Virus record (IMG/VR): IMGVR_UViG_3300037400_001691
Span: 1-64,000 of that record
Length of the DNA stretch: 64,000 nt
DNA from: a virus
Taxonomy: Duplodnaviria > Heunggongvirae > Uroviricota > Caudoviricetes
Reading direction: 5' to 3' (one strand)
Positions 24,806-34,685 of the stretch are shown here, in pieces. The position numbers and the translations under genes are program-made. Numbering within the stretch: position 1 is the first letter of the stretch; each line of letters starts with the position of its first letter. The notes beneath the pieces are model-generated. The model was not told the origin of the DNA and made no database searches. It saw only the letters and a program-made list of their open reading frames with translations.

Positions 24806-25961
24806 TTCCAAAATAAAATTTTTGTTTGAAATTTTGAAACTTGTTAAATTAGTTATATTATTAATTTAACAGTTAAAATTATGGATATAGAAAAATTGGC
24901 ATTTGAATTTCAAACAACTAGTATTTCTCTTACTAAATTAGCAGAAAGAGAACATACAGCAAGACAAACTCTTGCAAAAAAATTTAAAGAATTAGGTATT
25001 GAGATAATTAATAAACAAAATAAAACTAAATTTAATGAACATATCTTTGATTCTATAGATACAGAGAAAAAAGCATACTGGTTAGGTTTTATTTTTGCTG
25101 ATGGAAGTATTAGAGAACAAATTGAAGGTAAAAAAGTTCCTTATACTTTTGAATTAAGTTTAAAAGGAGATGATATAGAACATCTTAAAAAATTTAATTC
25201 ATTTATGGAATATCAAGGAGATAATGTTAAATTAGGAAAAAGTAAATGCAAAAATAAAGAGTTTTCTAGATGTAGATGGACTATTACAAATAAACATTTA
25301 TGGACTATTCTTAACAATTTAGGTTGCACATCTAATAAATCTTTAACATTACAATTTCCTAATGAATCAATATTTAGTTCAAAAGATTTAATTCCACACT
25401 TTATTAAAGGTTATTTTGATGGTGATGGATGTTTTACACGTCATGTATATACACATATTGTTAGTCCTGTTATTTCTATATTAGGAACTCCAGAATTTTT
25501 AGATAAAATTGACGAATATTCTAATATAGAATCTATAAGACGACATGACAAAAGACATTCTGAAAAAACTTATATTTTAGAATTTAATAAAGAAAATGGA
25601 ATTAAATTTATTAATTATATTTATTCTAATTGTAATATATATTTAGATAGGAAATATAAATTATATAATTTTTTTAAAAACGGAAGCCGTTCTGTAGAGG
25701 AATTTACAGAATTACAATCGGGCAATATCGGGGAAAAGCTGAAGCTTGAGTCGAGAGACTATATGTATGAAAATCCCGAGATAAACTTAGAAACTAAAGA
25801 ATCTGAGTCATCGTACAGCGTAGGAGGTGAAACTGTATAACAGACTATAATCCTTCCAAGAGTGTCCGATACCCCAACTGAAATAAGTGGGTAAAAAGGT
25901 ACGCGGGGCTTACTTGTAATAAGTAAGAAATACGAATAAAAAATCGTATGATAACAATCCG
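24806..25961 (+). mobile_element. group I intron in helicase gene, carrying LAGLIDADG endonuclease ORF
   Basis: The exon ends in U and the intron ends in G. The in-frame read-through hits a stop. The host Walker A motif is split precisely. The 3' core shares blocks with the dut intron. Confidence 0.65.
24881..25840 (+). CDS. LAGLIDADG homing endonuclease (intron-encoded)
   Basis: Two LAGLIDADG motifs: YWLGFIFADGSI and KGYFDGDGCF. Confidence 0.75.
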   Translation: MDIEKLAFEFQTTSISLTKLAEREHTARQTLAKKFKELGIEIINKQNKTKFNEHIFDSIDTEKKAYWLGFIFADGSIREQIEGKKVPYTFELSLKGDDIEHLKKFNSFMEYQGDNVKLGKSKCKNKEFSRCRWTITNKHLWTILNNLGCTSNKSLTLQFPNESIFSSKDLIPHFIKGYFDGDGCFTRHVYTHIVSPVISILGTPEFLDKIDEYSNIESIRRHDKRHSEKTYILEFNKENGIKFINYIYSNCNIYLDRKYKLYNFFKNGSRSVEEFTELQSGNIGEKLKLESRDYMYENPEINLETKESESSYSVGGETV

Positions 25962-27131
25962 AAAACTCGAGTTGGAACAAACTTGATAGGTAAAATACTA
26001 AAGCGTAAACCCCAATATAGAATTTTAGTAGTTGTTCCTACCACTACTCTTAAAGAACAATGGGAAGAAATCCTTGATTCATTAGGATACGGATTCAACT
26101 GTTCTGTAGAAGTAATTAACACTATTGTATTAAAAGATACAAAATATATTTGTGATTTTTTAATTTTGGATGAAATTCATAGATTTGCGTCTGATTTATT
26201 TCAACAAGTGTTCAATAGAGTTAATTATTCTCTGATTTTAGGACTTACTGCAACTATTGAAAGACTTGACGGAAAAGAAATTATCATTAAACAATATTGT
26301 CCTGTATGTGATGAAATCACATTAGAGGAATGTATGATTAATGGTTGGATTTCCGATTATAAGGAATATCAAGTACTAATAGAAGTAGATAACATACAAG
26401 AATATAAAGATTTAAATAGACAATTTAATGAACATTTTGGATTCTTTAACTATGATTTTGGATTAGTTATGAATATGGTTGGTCCAAAAGGATATTTGGC
26501 TCGTATTGCATATCGAGATCAATTATGTCCAAATGGTACAAAAGAAGAAAAATCCGCAGTTCTTAAATCTATTATCTATCATTCGACTGCTTTCATGAGA
26601 GCATTACAAGGTAGAAAATCTTTTATTAATAATCATCCTAAGAAAATTGAAATTGCTAGAAAAATAATTGATGCACGTCCAGATGCTAAAATTATTACTT
26701 TTTCTAATAATATAAAGATGGCTGAGGCTATTGGAATTGGAAAAGTATATAGTGGTAAAGACACTAAAAAGAAAGGTCGTGCAACATTAGAAGAATTACA
26801 ATCTGGTGACATTCGTGTTATAAACACAATTGCTAAAGCAAATGAAGGTCTTAATATTCCAGATTTATCTATAGCAGTAATGCTTGGAATTGATTCTTCT
26901 AAAATAAAAGCAGTTCAAAGAGTAGGTAGAGTATGTAGAGCGCAAGAAAATAAACAGGCTGAAATCTTTAATCTTGTTATTAATGATACAGCGGAACTAG
27001 AATGGTTCAAAAGAGCTCACGCTAAATCTCAATATACAACAATTGACGAACAAGGTTTAGAAGCGGTTCTTAATTATGAAGAACCTAAACCGTATAAAAA
27101 GAAAATACCAAAATTAACTTTTAGATTTTAA
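25962..27131 (+). CDS. SF2 (DExH) helicase, exon 2
   Basis: Begins KTRVGTNLIGKILKRKPQYRILVVVPTTTLKEQW and contains the LDEIHR DExH box. Confidence 0.7.
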   Translation, partial: KTRVGTNLIGKILKRKPQYRILVVVPTTTLKEQWEEILDSLGYGFNCSVEVINTIVLKDTKYICDFLILDEIHRFASDLFQQVFNRVNYSLILGLTATIERLDGKEIIIKQYCPVCDEITLEECMINGWISDYKEYQVLIEVDNIQEYKDLNRQFNEHFGFFNYDFGLVMNMVGPKGYLARIAYRDQLCPNGTKEEKSAVLKSIIYHSTAFMRALQGRKSFINNHPKKIEIARKIIDARPDAKIITFSNNIKMAEAIGIGKVYSGKDTKKKGRATLEELQSGDIRVINTIAKANEGLNIPDLSIAVMLGIDSSKIKAVQRVGRVCRAQENKQAEIFNLVINDTAELEWFKRAHAKSQYTTIDEQGLEAVLNYEEPKPYKKKIPKLTFRF

Positions 27132-27134
27132 AAA

Positions 27135-27347
27135 ATGACAGTAGAAAGAATGCTTGAACTCGTATTGTTAAATCATTTCGATTCACATCTTAAAATGTTA
27201 TCATCTGATGAAGTGTATGAAATTGCACAACAATACGATTTACAAAAAATGGCAGAAAGAAGTAAAGAACTTTCTAATGATTTTTTAAAGGATTATATAA
27301 TTGATAACCCTTCGAAAGAAGTTGAACCGATTGTAGTGAAAGATTAG
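27135..27347 (+). CDS. hypothetical protein (70 aa)
   Basis: ORF. Confidence 0.45.
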   Translation: MTVERMLELVLLNHFDSHLKMLSSDEVYEIAQQYDLQKMAERSKELSNDFLKDYIIDNPSKEVEPIVVKD

Positions 27348-27995
27348 TTGTTTGAAACTAGTTTTAACTATATAGTGCAAAAACTTAATTTTAATATAGA
27401 CGATGAATTAGTTCTCATTGAAAAATATGAGATAACTCCAACTGAAATGTTTGTAGCAAGATTAATTCTCTTAGCGCAAGAGAGTGACGAAGAACAACAA
27501 TATCTTGCTAAATTTTTGAGTATCCCAGAAAATGTAAGGGGAGATTTTAGAGACATTTTATTATCACTACAAAATAAAGGGATTATATTAAAAAGTTATA
27601 ACATTCCAAAGAAAGGAGAAACACTTGATATTTACGAAATAGAGTTTAATAAGAATTTCTTAAAGAACTTTTATCGAGCATCTGGTGAAATGGGTGAAGA
27701 ATTATTTGAACATTATCCACAATTTGCAAATATAAATGGTAACATGGTTGGAATAAGAAATGTTTCAAAGAAGTTTGTAGACCTTGAAGATGCTTGGCGA
27801 AAATATGGTAAAATTATTAAGTGGAATCCTGATATTCATAACGAAATTATCAGTTTACTTGATTGGGCAGTAGAAAATGGTATTGACATAAATAAATCGT
27901 TAGCGAATTTTATTTGTGATCATAGTTGGTTAGATTTAAAGACTCTTCGTGATGGAGGGGCTGGATTTAACACGAATACTGTTAAAATGTTATGA
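27348..27995 (+). CDS. hypothetical protein (215 aa)
   Basis: ORF. Confidence 0.55.
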   Translation: MFETSFNYIVQKLNFNIDDELVLIEKYEITPTEMFVARLILLAQESDEEQQYLAKFLSIPENVRGDFRDILLSLQNKGIILKSYNIPKKGETLDIYEIEFNKNFLKNFYRASGEMGEELFEHYPQFANINGNMVGIRNVSKKFVDLEDAWRKYGKIIKWNPDIHNEIISLLDWAVENGIDINKSLANFICDHSWLDLKTLRDGGAGFNTNTVKML

Positions 27996-29071
27996 TTAGT
28001 AATTCCTTACTAACACAAATTACAAACGGTCGTGATGGTTCGAATTGGGGATATACTATGGGATTACCAAAACTTGAAAATATTGTAGATGGTGTATGTA
28101 AACAAACATATACACTATTATTTGCAGGTTCAGGTTGTGGTAAATCAAATCTCATGATGTATGCTTATATTTATAGACCATTAATGGAACATTTAGACGA
28201 TGATGATTTCTTTGTTTATTTATTCTCATTAGAGATGAAAGCAGAAATCATTCTTGCTAAACTTCTTTGTATTTACATATTTGAAAAATATCATATTGAA
28301 CTTTCTTTTAAAGAATTACTTTCTAAAAAGAGAAATTATAGACTTCCAGACGAATATTACAAAATAGTTTTGGAATGTGCTGATTGGCTAAAGAAAGTAG
28401 AATCCAAAATTAGGATTTATGATAAAGGAGCAAATGCTGATACAATTTATGCTAAATTAAAAGAAGATTTAGAGCAAAAAGGAAAAGTTGAAGAACAAGG
28501 TAATCGTAAAGTATATTACCCAAATAATCCAAATTTAACATATTTGGTTGTTGTTGATCATATGGGATTACTTCGTACTAAAGACGGAAGAAGTAAGAAA
28601 CAAGAAATTGATTTATTATCAAATTATTTTGTTTATTTACGTAATAGTTATGGCATTAGTCCATTAGCTATAATGCAATCTAATAGAGATCAATCTTCAT
28701 CTGCAAGAAGACAATTAGGTATGTATTTACCTCAAATGTCTGATGTTAAAGAAACTAATGTTCCGTATGAGGATTCCGATATCACCATTGCGATTTATAA
28801 TCCTAATGTTGATAAATTAAAAACTCATAATAAATACGACATAGTACAATTTGGCGATGCGTTTAGAAGCATTGTATGTATTAAGAATAGATACGGTGAA
28901 TCTAATGTAGAAGATAGTTGTGCGTTCTATGGTAAATCTAATATCTGGGTGGAATTACCTAAACCAGATGAGATTTATGATGTAGAAAGATATAAAACTC
29001 CAGATTGGCTTTGGAAAAAGCAAGAGATGCCAGATAAAGAAAAGAAAGAACAATTTAAATTTACAATGTAA
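27992..29071 (+). CDS. DnaB-family replicative DNA helicase
   Basis: Walker A GSGCGKS, Walker B LVVVDHMGL and the H4 motif QSNRDQSSSARRQLGMYLPQMSDVKETNVPYEDSDITIAIYNP, which matches the DnaB SDLRESGSIEQDAD block. Confidence 0.7.
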   Translation: MISNSLLTQITNGRDGSNWGYTMGLPKLENIVDGVCKQTYTLLFAGSGCGKSNLMMYAYIYRPLMEHLDDDDFFVYLFSLEMKAEIILAKLLCIYIFEKYHIELSFKELLSKKRNYRLPDEYYKIVLECADWLKKVESKIRIYDKGANADTIYAKLKEDLEQKGKVEEQGNRKVYYPNNPNLTYLVVVDHMGLLRTKDGRSKKQEIDLLSNYFVYLRNSYGISPLAIMQSNRDQSSSARRQLGMYLPQMSDVKETNVPYEDSDITIAIYNPNVDKLKTHNKYDIVQFGDAFRSIVCIKNRYGESNVEDSCAFYGKSNIWVELPKPDEIYDVERYKTPDWLWKKQEMPDKEKKEQFKFTM

Positions 29072-29106
29072 TGGCAGAATTAATCGCAGTCGTAGGAGAA
29101 AGTGGT
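29071..29106 (+). CDS. Sak4-like (AAA_24) P-loop ATPase, exon 1 (12 codons, MAELIAVVGESG)
   Basis: Overlaps the helicase stop (TAATG). Joined to exon 2 it gives the Walker A GESGSGKTT. Confidence 0.6.
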
Positions 29107-30496
29107 CTTTTAAGAAATTTTAACATTTAATTTTACCATTATTAAAATAAAATTCGTATATTTGTATTATTAATTATTAACTATTAACTATTAAAATAAT
29201 ACAAACATGAAACGAGTTTATAAAATTTTAACTAAATTACACAAAACTGCTGGAATTTATATTATTTCCTGCACAAAAACAGATAAAGTATATATTGGAG
29301 AAAGTTTAAATGTTAGTGGGAGAATTTTAAAACATTTTACTAATCTTAGAAAGAATATGCATCATAATCCTATACTTCAAGCTATATTTAATAAGTATGG
29401 AGAAGAAACAATGATAGTAGATGTTTTAGAATGGATTAATTCTGATGATATACATCAACTAGATTTTCTTTTAAGAAAGAAAGAAGTTGAATATCAAAAA
29501 AAGTTTGAACATTGTATCAATTTTGATAAAAATGGATACGCATGGAAATTAAATGCAACAGAAGAACAAAAAGAAGCAAATCGTAAACAATTAGACTCTA
29601 TTAGAGAAGCAGCGATGAATGCTTGCAAAACTCCTTTAGTTATATATAATATTAAAACTAAAGAAAAAATAGAAGTAGATAGTTTACAAGAAGCGGAAAA
29701 TTATATTGAGCAAAAACATATTTATCGAAATATAAAAGATAAAGTGTATTTACCATATAATAATTATGTAGCATTTCTTCCAGAAGAGTATAATCCTACA
29801 CTAATTTTAAACACATCTTGTATGTCTAATGCTAGTATATCTGAAGTATATAAGTTATATAATTTAAAAACTGGGGAAGCTTTAAGTTTTCCAAGTAAAT
29901 CTCAATTTGCCATATATTTAACAGGTAAAAGGAATGATAAATTATATGATAGATATACTACATTTATAGATGATAATTTTTTAACTGCAATGCAAATTAC
30001 TTCTATAGAAGATTTTTGGAATGCTCCTTTTGTATATAATAGAAATTCTAGAAGTATAAAAACTTGTATTCTAAAAGATTATTATCAGGCATTACTGAAT
30101 TACAAGACTGATATTGAATTATCTAATATTTTAGGTTGTGAAAGAAGATTAATTCCAGTTTTATTTAAAAATAAATCCTTAGCAGACAGGATTAATGAAA
30201 TTACAGAAACCGCAGGCCACTTTAACAAATCTGTTTAAAATTGGGAAGCTTTAATTCTAATTATTGTGAAATAATTATAAGGTAATCAATTACGAACTAT
30301 ATGAATAGCATAAAAGTAATATAGACGTTTAACGACTAGTAGATAAATAGCTAAATTGATTCTACCACGAAATACAGACATTTTATAAATTGTATGTGAA
30401 TATAAGATATAAAGTGAAGAGATAGTCTAAACTGCATATTAAAGAATATAAATTGCAGAGTTTAGGATAAAGAGCCTAGAGTTAATTACAAAAATG
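29107..30496 (+). mobile_element. group I intron in ATPase gene, carrying GIY-YIG endonuclease ORF
   Basis: Exon 1 ends in U (GGT) and the intron ends in G, the G of the ATG at 30494-6. The P-loop is split exactly. Confidence 0.6.
29207..30238 (+). CDS. GIY-YIG homing endonuclease (intron-encoded)
   Basis: Contains GIYIISCTKTDKVYIGESLNVSGRILKHF...NKYGEE. Confidence 0.75.
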   Translation: MKRVYKILTKLHKTAGIYIISCTKTDKVYIGESLNVSGRILKHFTNLRKNMHHNPILQAIFNKYGEETMIVDVLEWINSDDIHQLDFLLRKKEVEYQKKFEHCINFDKNGYAWKLNATEEQKEANRKQLDSIREAAMNACKTPLVIYNIKTKEKIEVDSLQEAENYIEQKHIYRNIKDKVYLPYNNYVAFLPEEYNPTLILNTSCMSNASISEVYKLYNLKTGEALSFPSKSQFAIYLTGKRNDKLYDRYTTFIDDNFLTAMQITSIEDFWNAPFVYNRNSRSIKTCILKDYYQALLNYKTDIELSNILGCERRLIPVLFKNKSLADRINEITETAGHFNKSV

Positions 30497-30943
30497 AGCG
30501 GTAAAACTACAAGTATAAGAAACCTTAATCCAGAAGAGACCTTCATAATCTCAACCACTGGAAAACGTCCTGGTACAAAGGGCGCAAAGAAGAAATATCC
30601 AACTTTTGGAGTTGATCCAGAAACAAAGGAACTTCACGGAAATTTCTTCACAGCATCTAACGTTGATAATATCGGTAAGATGCTAAAAGTAATTAATACT
30701 AAACTTCCTAATATCAAAACAGTCATTATTGACGATTATCAGTATGTAATGGGTTTTGAAGCAATGGATCGTGCAGGAGACAAAGGCTTTGACAAATTTA
30801 CTCAAATGGCTCAACATGCTTATCAGGTAATCAAAGATGCCATGAATCTCCGCGATGATTTATATGTTGTTATTCTTACTCATAGTGAAAATACTGGTGA
30901 CAAAATGAATCCATATTATAAGATTAAGACTCAAGGTAAATAA
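30497..30943 (+). CDS. Sak4-like P-loop ATPase, exon 2
   Basis: Begins SGKTTSIRNL. Walker B VIIDDYQY. Confidence 0.6.
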   Translation, partial: SGKTTSIRNLNPEETFIISTTGKRPGTKGAKKKYPTFGVDPETKELHGNFFTASNVDNIGKMLKVINTKLPNIKTVIIDDYQYVMGFEAMDRAGDKGFDKFTQMAQHAYQVIKDAMNLRDDLYVVILTHSENTGDKMNPYYKIKTQGK

Positions 30944-31327
30944 TATTTTGCCAGTATAACCCCTAATTCGGCGAAATCTGAAGCACAAGTCGTGAGATTA
31001 ACTGTATGACAATGCCGAGCCAAGCAAAAATAGAATTCTAGACTATTTTGGGCGCGTGTATCGACTAGTAGCGGATCGGCTACGTAAAAATTGAAGTAAT
31101 TAATCAATTTTGAAATGGGGATGTAAATTTTATATATTTTAATTTGAGGTAAATTTAAACAAAAATTAACTAGAAAACTTTTAATCATAAAATAAATGAT
31201 GTAAAAGGGTTTAAATTTATTAAATATAAAGAATTTGTGAATACATAGTCAGTTCCCGTAGAAATACGGTAGGCATAAATTTGATAGTAATTATATCAAA
31301 TAAAAAATTTATGTAATTTTAACGAAA

Positions 31328-31546
31328 ATGATTGATAATGTCATCACTCTTGAGGGTCTGTTTACTTATGTGTTCTTCACAGAAGTAAATCGTGATGACG
31401 ATGGTAATCCAAAGTATCAGTTTAAAACTAATTCTGATGGAACTTGTACTGCTAAGTCTCCAATGGGACTTTTCGATACACTTCTTATAGATAATGATCT
31501 TAATATGGTAATTTCTAAAATAAAGGAATATAATGGCGAAGACTAA
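31328..31546 (+). CDS. hypothetical protein (72 aa)
   Basis: ORF. Confidence 0.45.
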   Translation: MIDNVITLEGLFTYVFFTEVNRDDDGNPKYQFKTNSDGTCTAKSPMGLFDTLLIDNDLNMVISKIKEYNGED

Positions 31547-32138
31547 TCTTGTTAAAATGGAAGTTTATTTCGATCTCGATACTCAGAGCTTTATAGCTCT
31601 GGATCCTGAGACCGGAGAATTTAGAGACTTTTCAGTTTCTAAAAAGAGTGCAACACCTAAGAAAAAGGCTGTTACCTCTGATGATGCAACTCCTAAATTA
31701 ATTCTAGAAACAAGTAAATATACTTTAACTCAAGCAGCAGCCAATTTACTCGGTGTTGAGCCTGATGATCGTATTGATATTAAATATCAAAAGATAGGTA
31801 ATATACTTGTTCCTGTAATTGGGTCTAATACTGCTTTTGGTACTAAGGCAGGAAATAAACTTACTAAAAGTTTAACTGTTAGTTGTAGAGGTAAAGCTAA
31901 TGAAGAACTTAGTGAATATGGTTCTGAGTTTACACTTAAGCCTCATCCTAACAAAGAAGGTTTATTTATCCTTGAAGGAGATAAACCGTTACCAGAACCA
32001 AAAGAAAGTAAAGTTGTAAAAATAGATGATAAATCCGAACACGAGAAGGATATTGATGACGATCTTGCTGACCTTCTCGATTCCGATAGTAAAACAGATG
32101 ATTATTTAGAAATCAATAATGATATTTTTGAAATTTAA
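31533..32138 (+). CDS. hypothetical protein with acidic C-terminal tail (201 aa)
   Basis: C-terminus is DDDLADLLDSDSKTDDYLEINNDIFEI. Confidence 0.5.
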   Translation: MAKTNLVKMEVYFDLDTQSFIALDPETGEFRDFSVSKKSATPKKKAVTSDDATPKLILETSKYTLTQAAANLLGVEPDDRIDIKYQKIGNILVPVIGSNTAFGTKAGNKLTKSLTVSCRGKANEELSEYGSEFTLKPHPNKEGLFILEGDKPLPEPKESKVVKIDDKSEHEKDIDDDLADLLDSDSKTDDYLEINNDIFEI

Positions 32139-32140
32139 TT

Positions 32141-32839
32141 ATGAATAGTTTTAATTTCGGTGGATTTGCAGAGCAAAAAGTAAAGAATACTAATTATCTT
32201 AGAGCGTATAACATTTATGAGAATGTAAAGTTTACAGGTATTGATGAACCAAAGACAGGTACATCAAAGAATGGTAGAGCTTGGAAGTCTTGGGCTTTCC
32301 ATTTCGAGTGTCCTGATGGTGAGTTTGTAAAGTCTATCTTCGTTCCAGAAGATAACAAACGTCCTGTATTTAAGAATGCACAGGGTCACGATTATGAGAG
32401 ACCTTCTAACCATGAGAACAATCTTGCTTTCCTTTTCCTCGTTGGTCAGTATTTTGATCCAGAAGGACTTGAGAAGCTAAAGAAGAACATGGATAAGGTT
32501 GATGGTTATGACACTCTTATCGCTCTCTTCAAGAAAGTAATCGCTACAAATAAGAATACTACAAGTATGAAGCTTGTTGGTAGAAATGTAGAAGGTTCTG
32601 TTTATGCTGAGATGCCACAGTATTGTGGACTTAGTAAGGAACTCGATGAAGAGGGTAAAGCTAAGTGGTTCCCTGTAAGTAACAGTGTATTCGGAGATAA
32701 GGTAGGATTTACTGCTTATGAGCTTTCTAAGAAGAAGGAGCTCGAGTCTGCAAAGCCAACTGATATGTCTAAGAAGGAGAGTGCTCCTTCAGAATCATCT
32801 GAATCTAACGAAGTAGCGTTTGATGATCTTCTTGATTAA
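32141..32839 (+). CDS. possible ssDNA-binding protein (gp32-like acidic tail ...FDDLLD)
   Basis: The acidic C-terminal tail resembles the T4 gp32 C-terminus, and GC is above the local level, suggesting high expression. Confidence 0.35.
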   Translation: MNSFNFGGFAEQKVKNTNYLRAYNIYENVKFTGIDEPKTGTSKNGRAWKSWAFHFECPDGEFVKSIFVPEDNKRPVFKNAQGHDYERPSNHENNLAFLFLVGQYFDPEGLEKLKKNMDKVDGYDTLIALFKKVIATNKNTTSMKLVGRNVEGSVYAEMPQYCGLSKELDEEGKAKWFPVSNSVFGDKVGFTAYELSKKKELESAKPTDMSKKESAPSESSESNEVAFDDLLD

Positions 32840-32859
32840 TCAAAAGACTAATAAACTAT

Positions 32860-32890
32860 AAAACTTTCCGAGAGGAAAGTTTTATTTTAA
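32860..32890 (+). terminator. rho-independent terminator AAAACTTTCC-GAGA-GGAAAGTTTT followed by a T-run
   Basis: Seen directly. Confidence 0.55.
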
Positions 32891-32938
32891 TTTCTCATTA
32901 AAATAGTTTATATTAGTCAATATTAACTTATTTTAAAG

Positions 32939-33946
32939 ATGAAATTAAATTTTGAATTTGAACAAGACATTACAAAAGAATTTCTCTTATCTAAGTATAG
33001 CGAAGAAACCTATATGACCCATTATTTGGGTATTCCAGTTAAAAAAGGATTGTTTAAGTCTCCTTTGAGGGGTGACAAAACCCCAACGTGTTCTTTCTTT
33101 AGGAACAAATCTGGAGAACTTATTTTTAAAGACTTTAGTGGAGCTTTTTATGGTAATTTTATTAACGTTGTTATGACTAAATATCAATGTAATTATCATA
33201 AAGCTCTAAAAATAATAGCAACTGATTTTGGACTTGTTAAAGGTTCAGTTAAAAAAGAAGAAATTAAAATTGTAGAAGTGCCTAAGTTTAAGGATTCTGG
33301 TCAAGCAATTATCAATGTAGAAATACAAGATTTTACTGAAACAGAACTTAAATGGTGGGCTAAATACGGTATTACCGAAAAAATTCTAGCAAAATTTAAA
33401 GTTTATTCTTGTAAAAATATCTGGTTGAATGGTAATTATTTTGCTAATTCATCTAAAAATAATATGATATTTGGCTATTATGGAGGAATTAAAGATAAGG
33501 TTGAACTTTGGAGAATTTATTTTCCAAAACGTAAAGAATATAGGTTTTTAAGTAATTGGAATGCGAATAAAATACAAGGATTTGATCAGCTTCCAAAAAA
33601 TGGTAAAGCTCTCGTTATTACTAAATCTATGAAAGATGTAATGACATTGTATTCTGTTGGTATTCCAGCTATTGCTCCAAATTCAGAAAATCTATTTATA
33701 AGTGAATCAGTATTGTCTAAACTTAAAGAACGTTTCGAACATATTTATGTTTTATATGATAATGATTTACCAGGAATTACTAATATGAATAAAATTAAAA
33801 AGCAATTTCCTGATTTGAATTATATTTGGATTCCTCGTGAGACAGGAGCAAAAGATATTTCGGATCTTCGCAAACTTTTAGGTAAAGAGAAATTTATTTT
33901 GTATTTAAAAGAACAATTGTTATGGTTAAAAAATAGGTGGAATTAA
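32939..33946 (+). CDS. DNA primase (zinc-finger plus TOPRIM)
   Basis: CHC2-like finger GDKTPTCSF and TOPRIM acidic motifs LVITKSMKD and VLYDNDLPG. Confidence 0.6.
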   Translation: MKLNFEFEQDITKEFLLSKYSEETYMTHYLGIPVKKGLFKSPLRGDKTPTCSFFRNKSGELIFKDFSGAFYGNFINVVMTKYQCNYHKALKIIATDFGLVKGSVKKEEIKIVEVPKFKDSGQAIINVEIQDFTETELKWWAKYGITEKILAKFKVYSCKNIWLNGNYFANSSKNNMIFGYYGGIKDKVELWRIYFPKRKEYRFLSNWNANKIQGFDQLPKNGKALVITKSMKDVMTLYSVGIPAIAPNSENLFISESVLSKLKERFEHIYVLYDNDLPGITNMNKIKKQFPDLNYIWIPRETGAKDISDLRKLLGKEKFILYLKEQLLWLKNRWN

Positions 33947-34470
33947 ACACATCTTGTAGAGCAACATTTAAAGACGGACATACAGAAGAATATAATTCTG
34001 TAGAAGAAGCAGCAGAGGCAACAGGTCTTACTGTCAATTCCATAAAGATAAGATGTAACCGTAAAGGTGCAGGTGGTAAAGATAAAACTACATTCGAATG
34101 GTTAGATGATCATACTAAAAGACACTATCAAGCAAAGAAATCTAAAAATAAAGGTAGTGGTTTTGAGTCAGAAGTCGTTCATAAATTACAAGAAATAGGC
34201 TATTCTGGTTGTATTCGTTCAGCTGGAGAGTCTAAATGGACTGATAGTAATAAAATAGATATAATGGATATGGAAGGTGAACTTCCTATAAATATTCAGT
34301 GTAAATATACAATGAATACTCCATCTTATTTTAATATATCAGAAGAATGTTCAGATAAATCTAAACCATTTTGTTTATTATGGAAAAAGGCTCCAGAACC
34401 TGGCTCTATTAGTAGAGGTGCTGTTGCTATTATCCCTCTTGATTATTTCTACGATTTAATTAGAAAATGA
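33937..34470 (+). CDS. hypothetical protein, N-terminal HTH-like segment, possible nuclease fold C-terminus
   Basis: Weak D...E.K pattern DIMDMEGELPINIQCK. Confidence 0.35.
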   Translation: MELNTSCRATFKDGHTEEYNSVEEAAEATGLTVNSIKIRCNRKGAGGKDKTTFEWLDDHTKRHYQAKKSKNKGSGFESEVVHKLQEIGYSGCIRSAGESKWTDSNKIDIMDMEGELPINIQCKYTMNTPSYFNISEECSDKSKPFCLLWKKAPEPGSISRGAVAIIPLDYFYDLIRK

Positions 34471-34685
34471 ATACGTATTTGATTCCGATTGATGATGTGA
34501 ATATGGAAGGACCTTATATTATGAGTGTTCATGCCGATTCATTATCTGACGCTAAAGACGTAATTGAAGAACAACTTCGTTATGATTACGAAGTTAAAAA
34601 TACAGGTTCTTGGATGGATTTCGTTAAAGAAATGGCTGAAATAGAAGTGTATTTAGGTACTATTTATGACAAAGATGAATTTTAA
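34467..34685 (+). CDS. hypothetical protein (72 aa)
   Basis: ORF. Confidence 0.45.
   Translation: MNTYLIPIDDVNMEGPYIMSVHADSLSDAKDVIEEQLRYDYEVKNTGSWMDFVKEMAEIEVYLGTIYDKDEF

Noticed and set aside
24881-25840. Intein interpretation of the LAGLIDADG ORFs in the helicase and polymerase genes
   Set aside because: The HE ORFs are not in-frame fusions with the host protein. They have their own starts, are preceded by stop-containing noncoding sequence, and the junctions obey the group I U|...G| rule.
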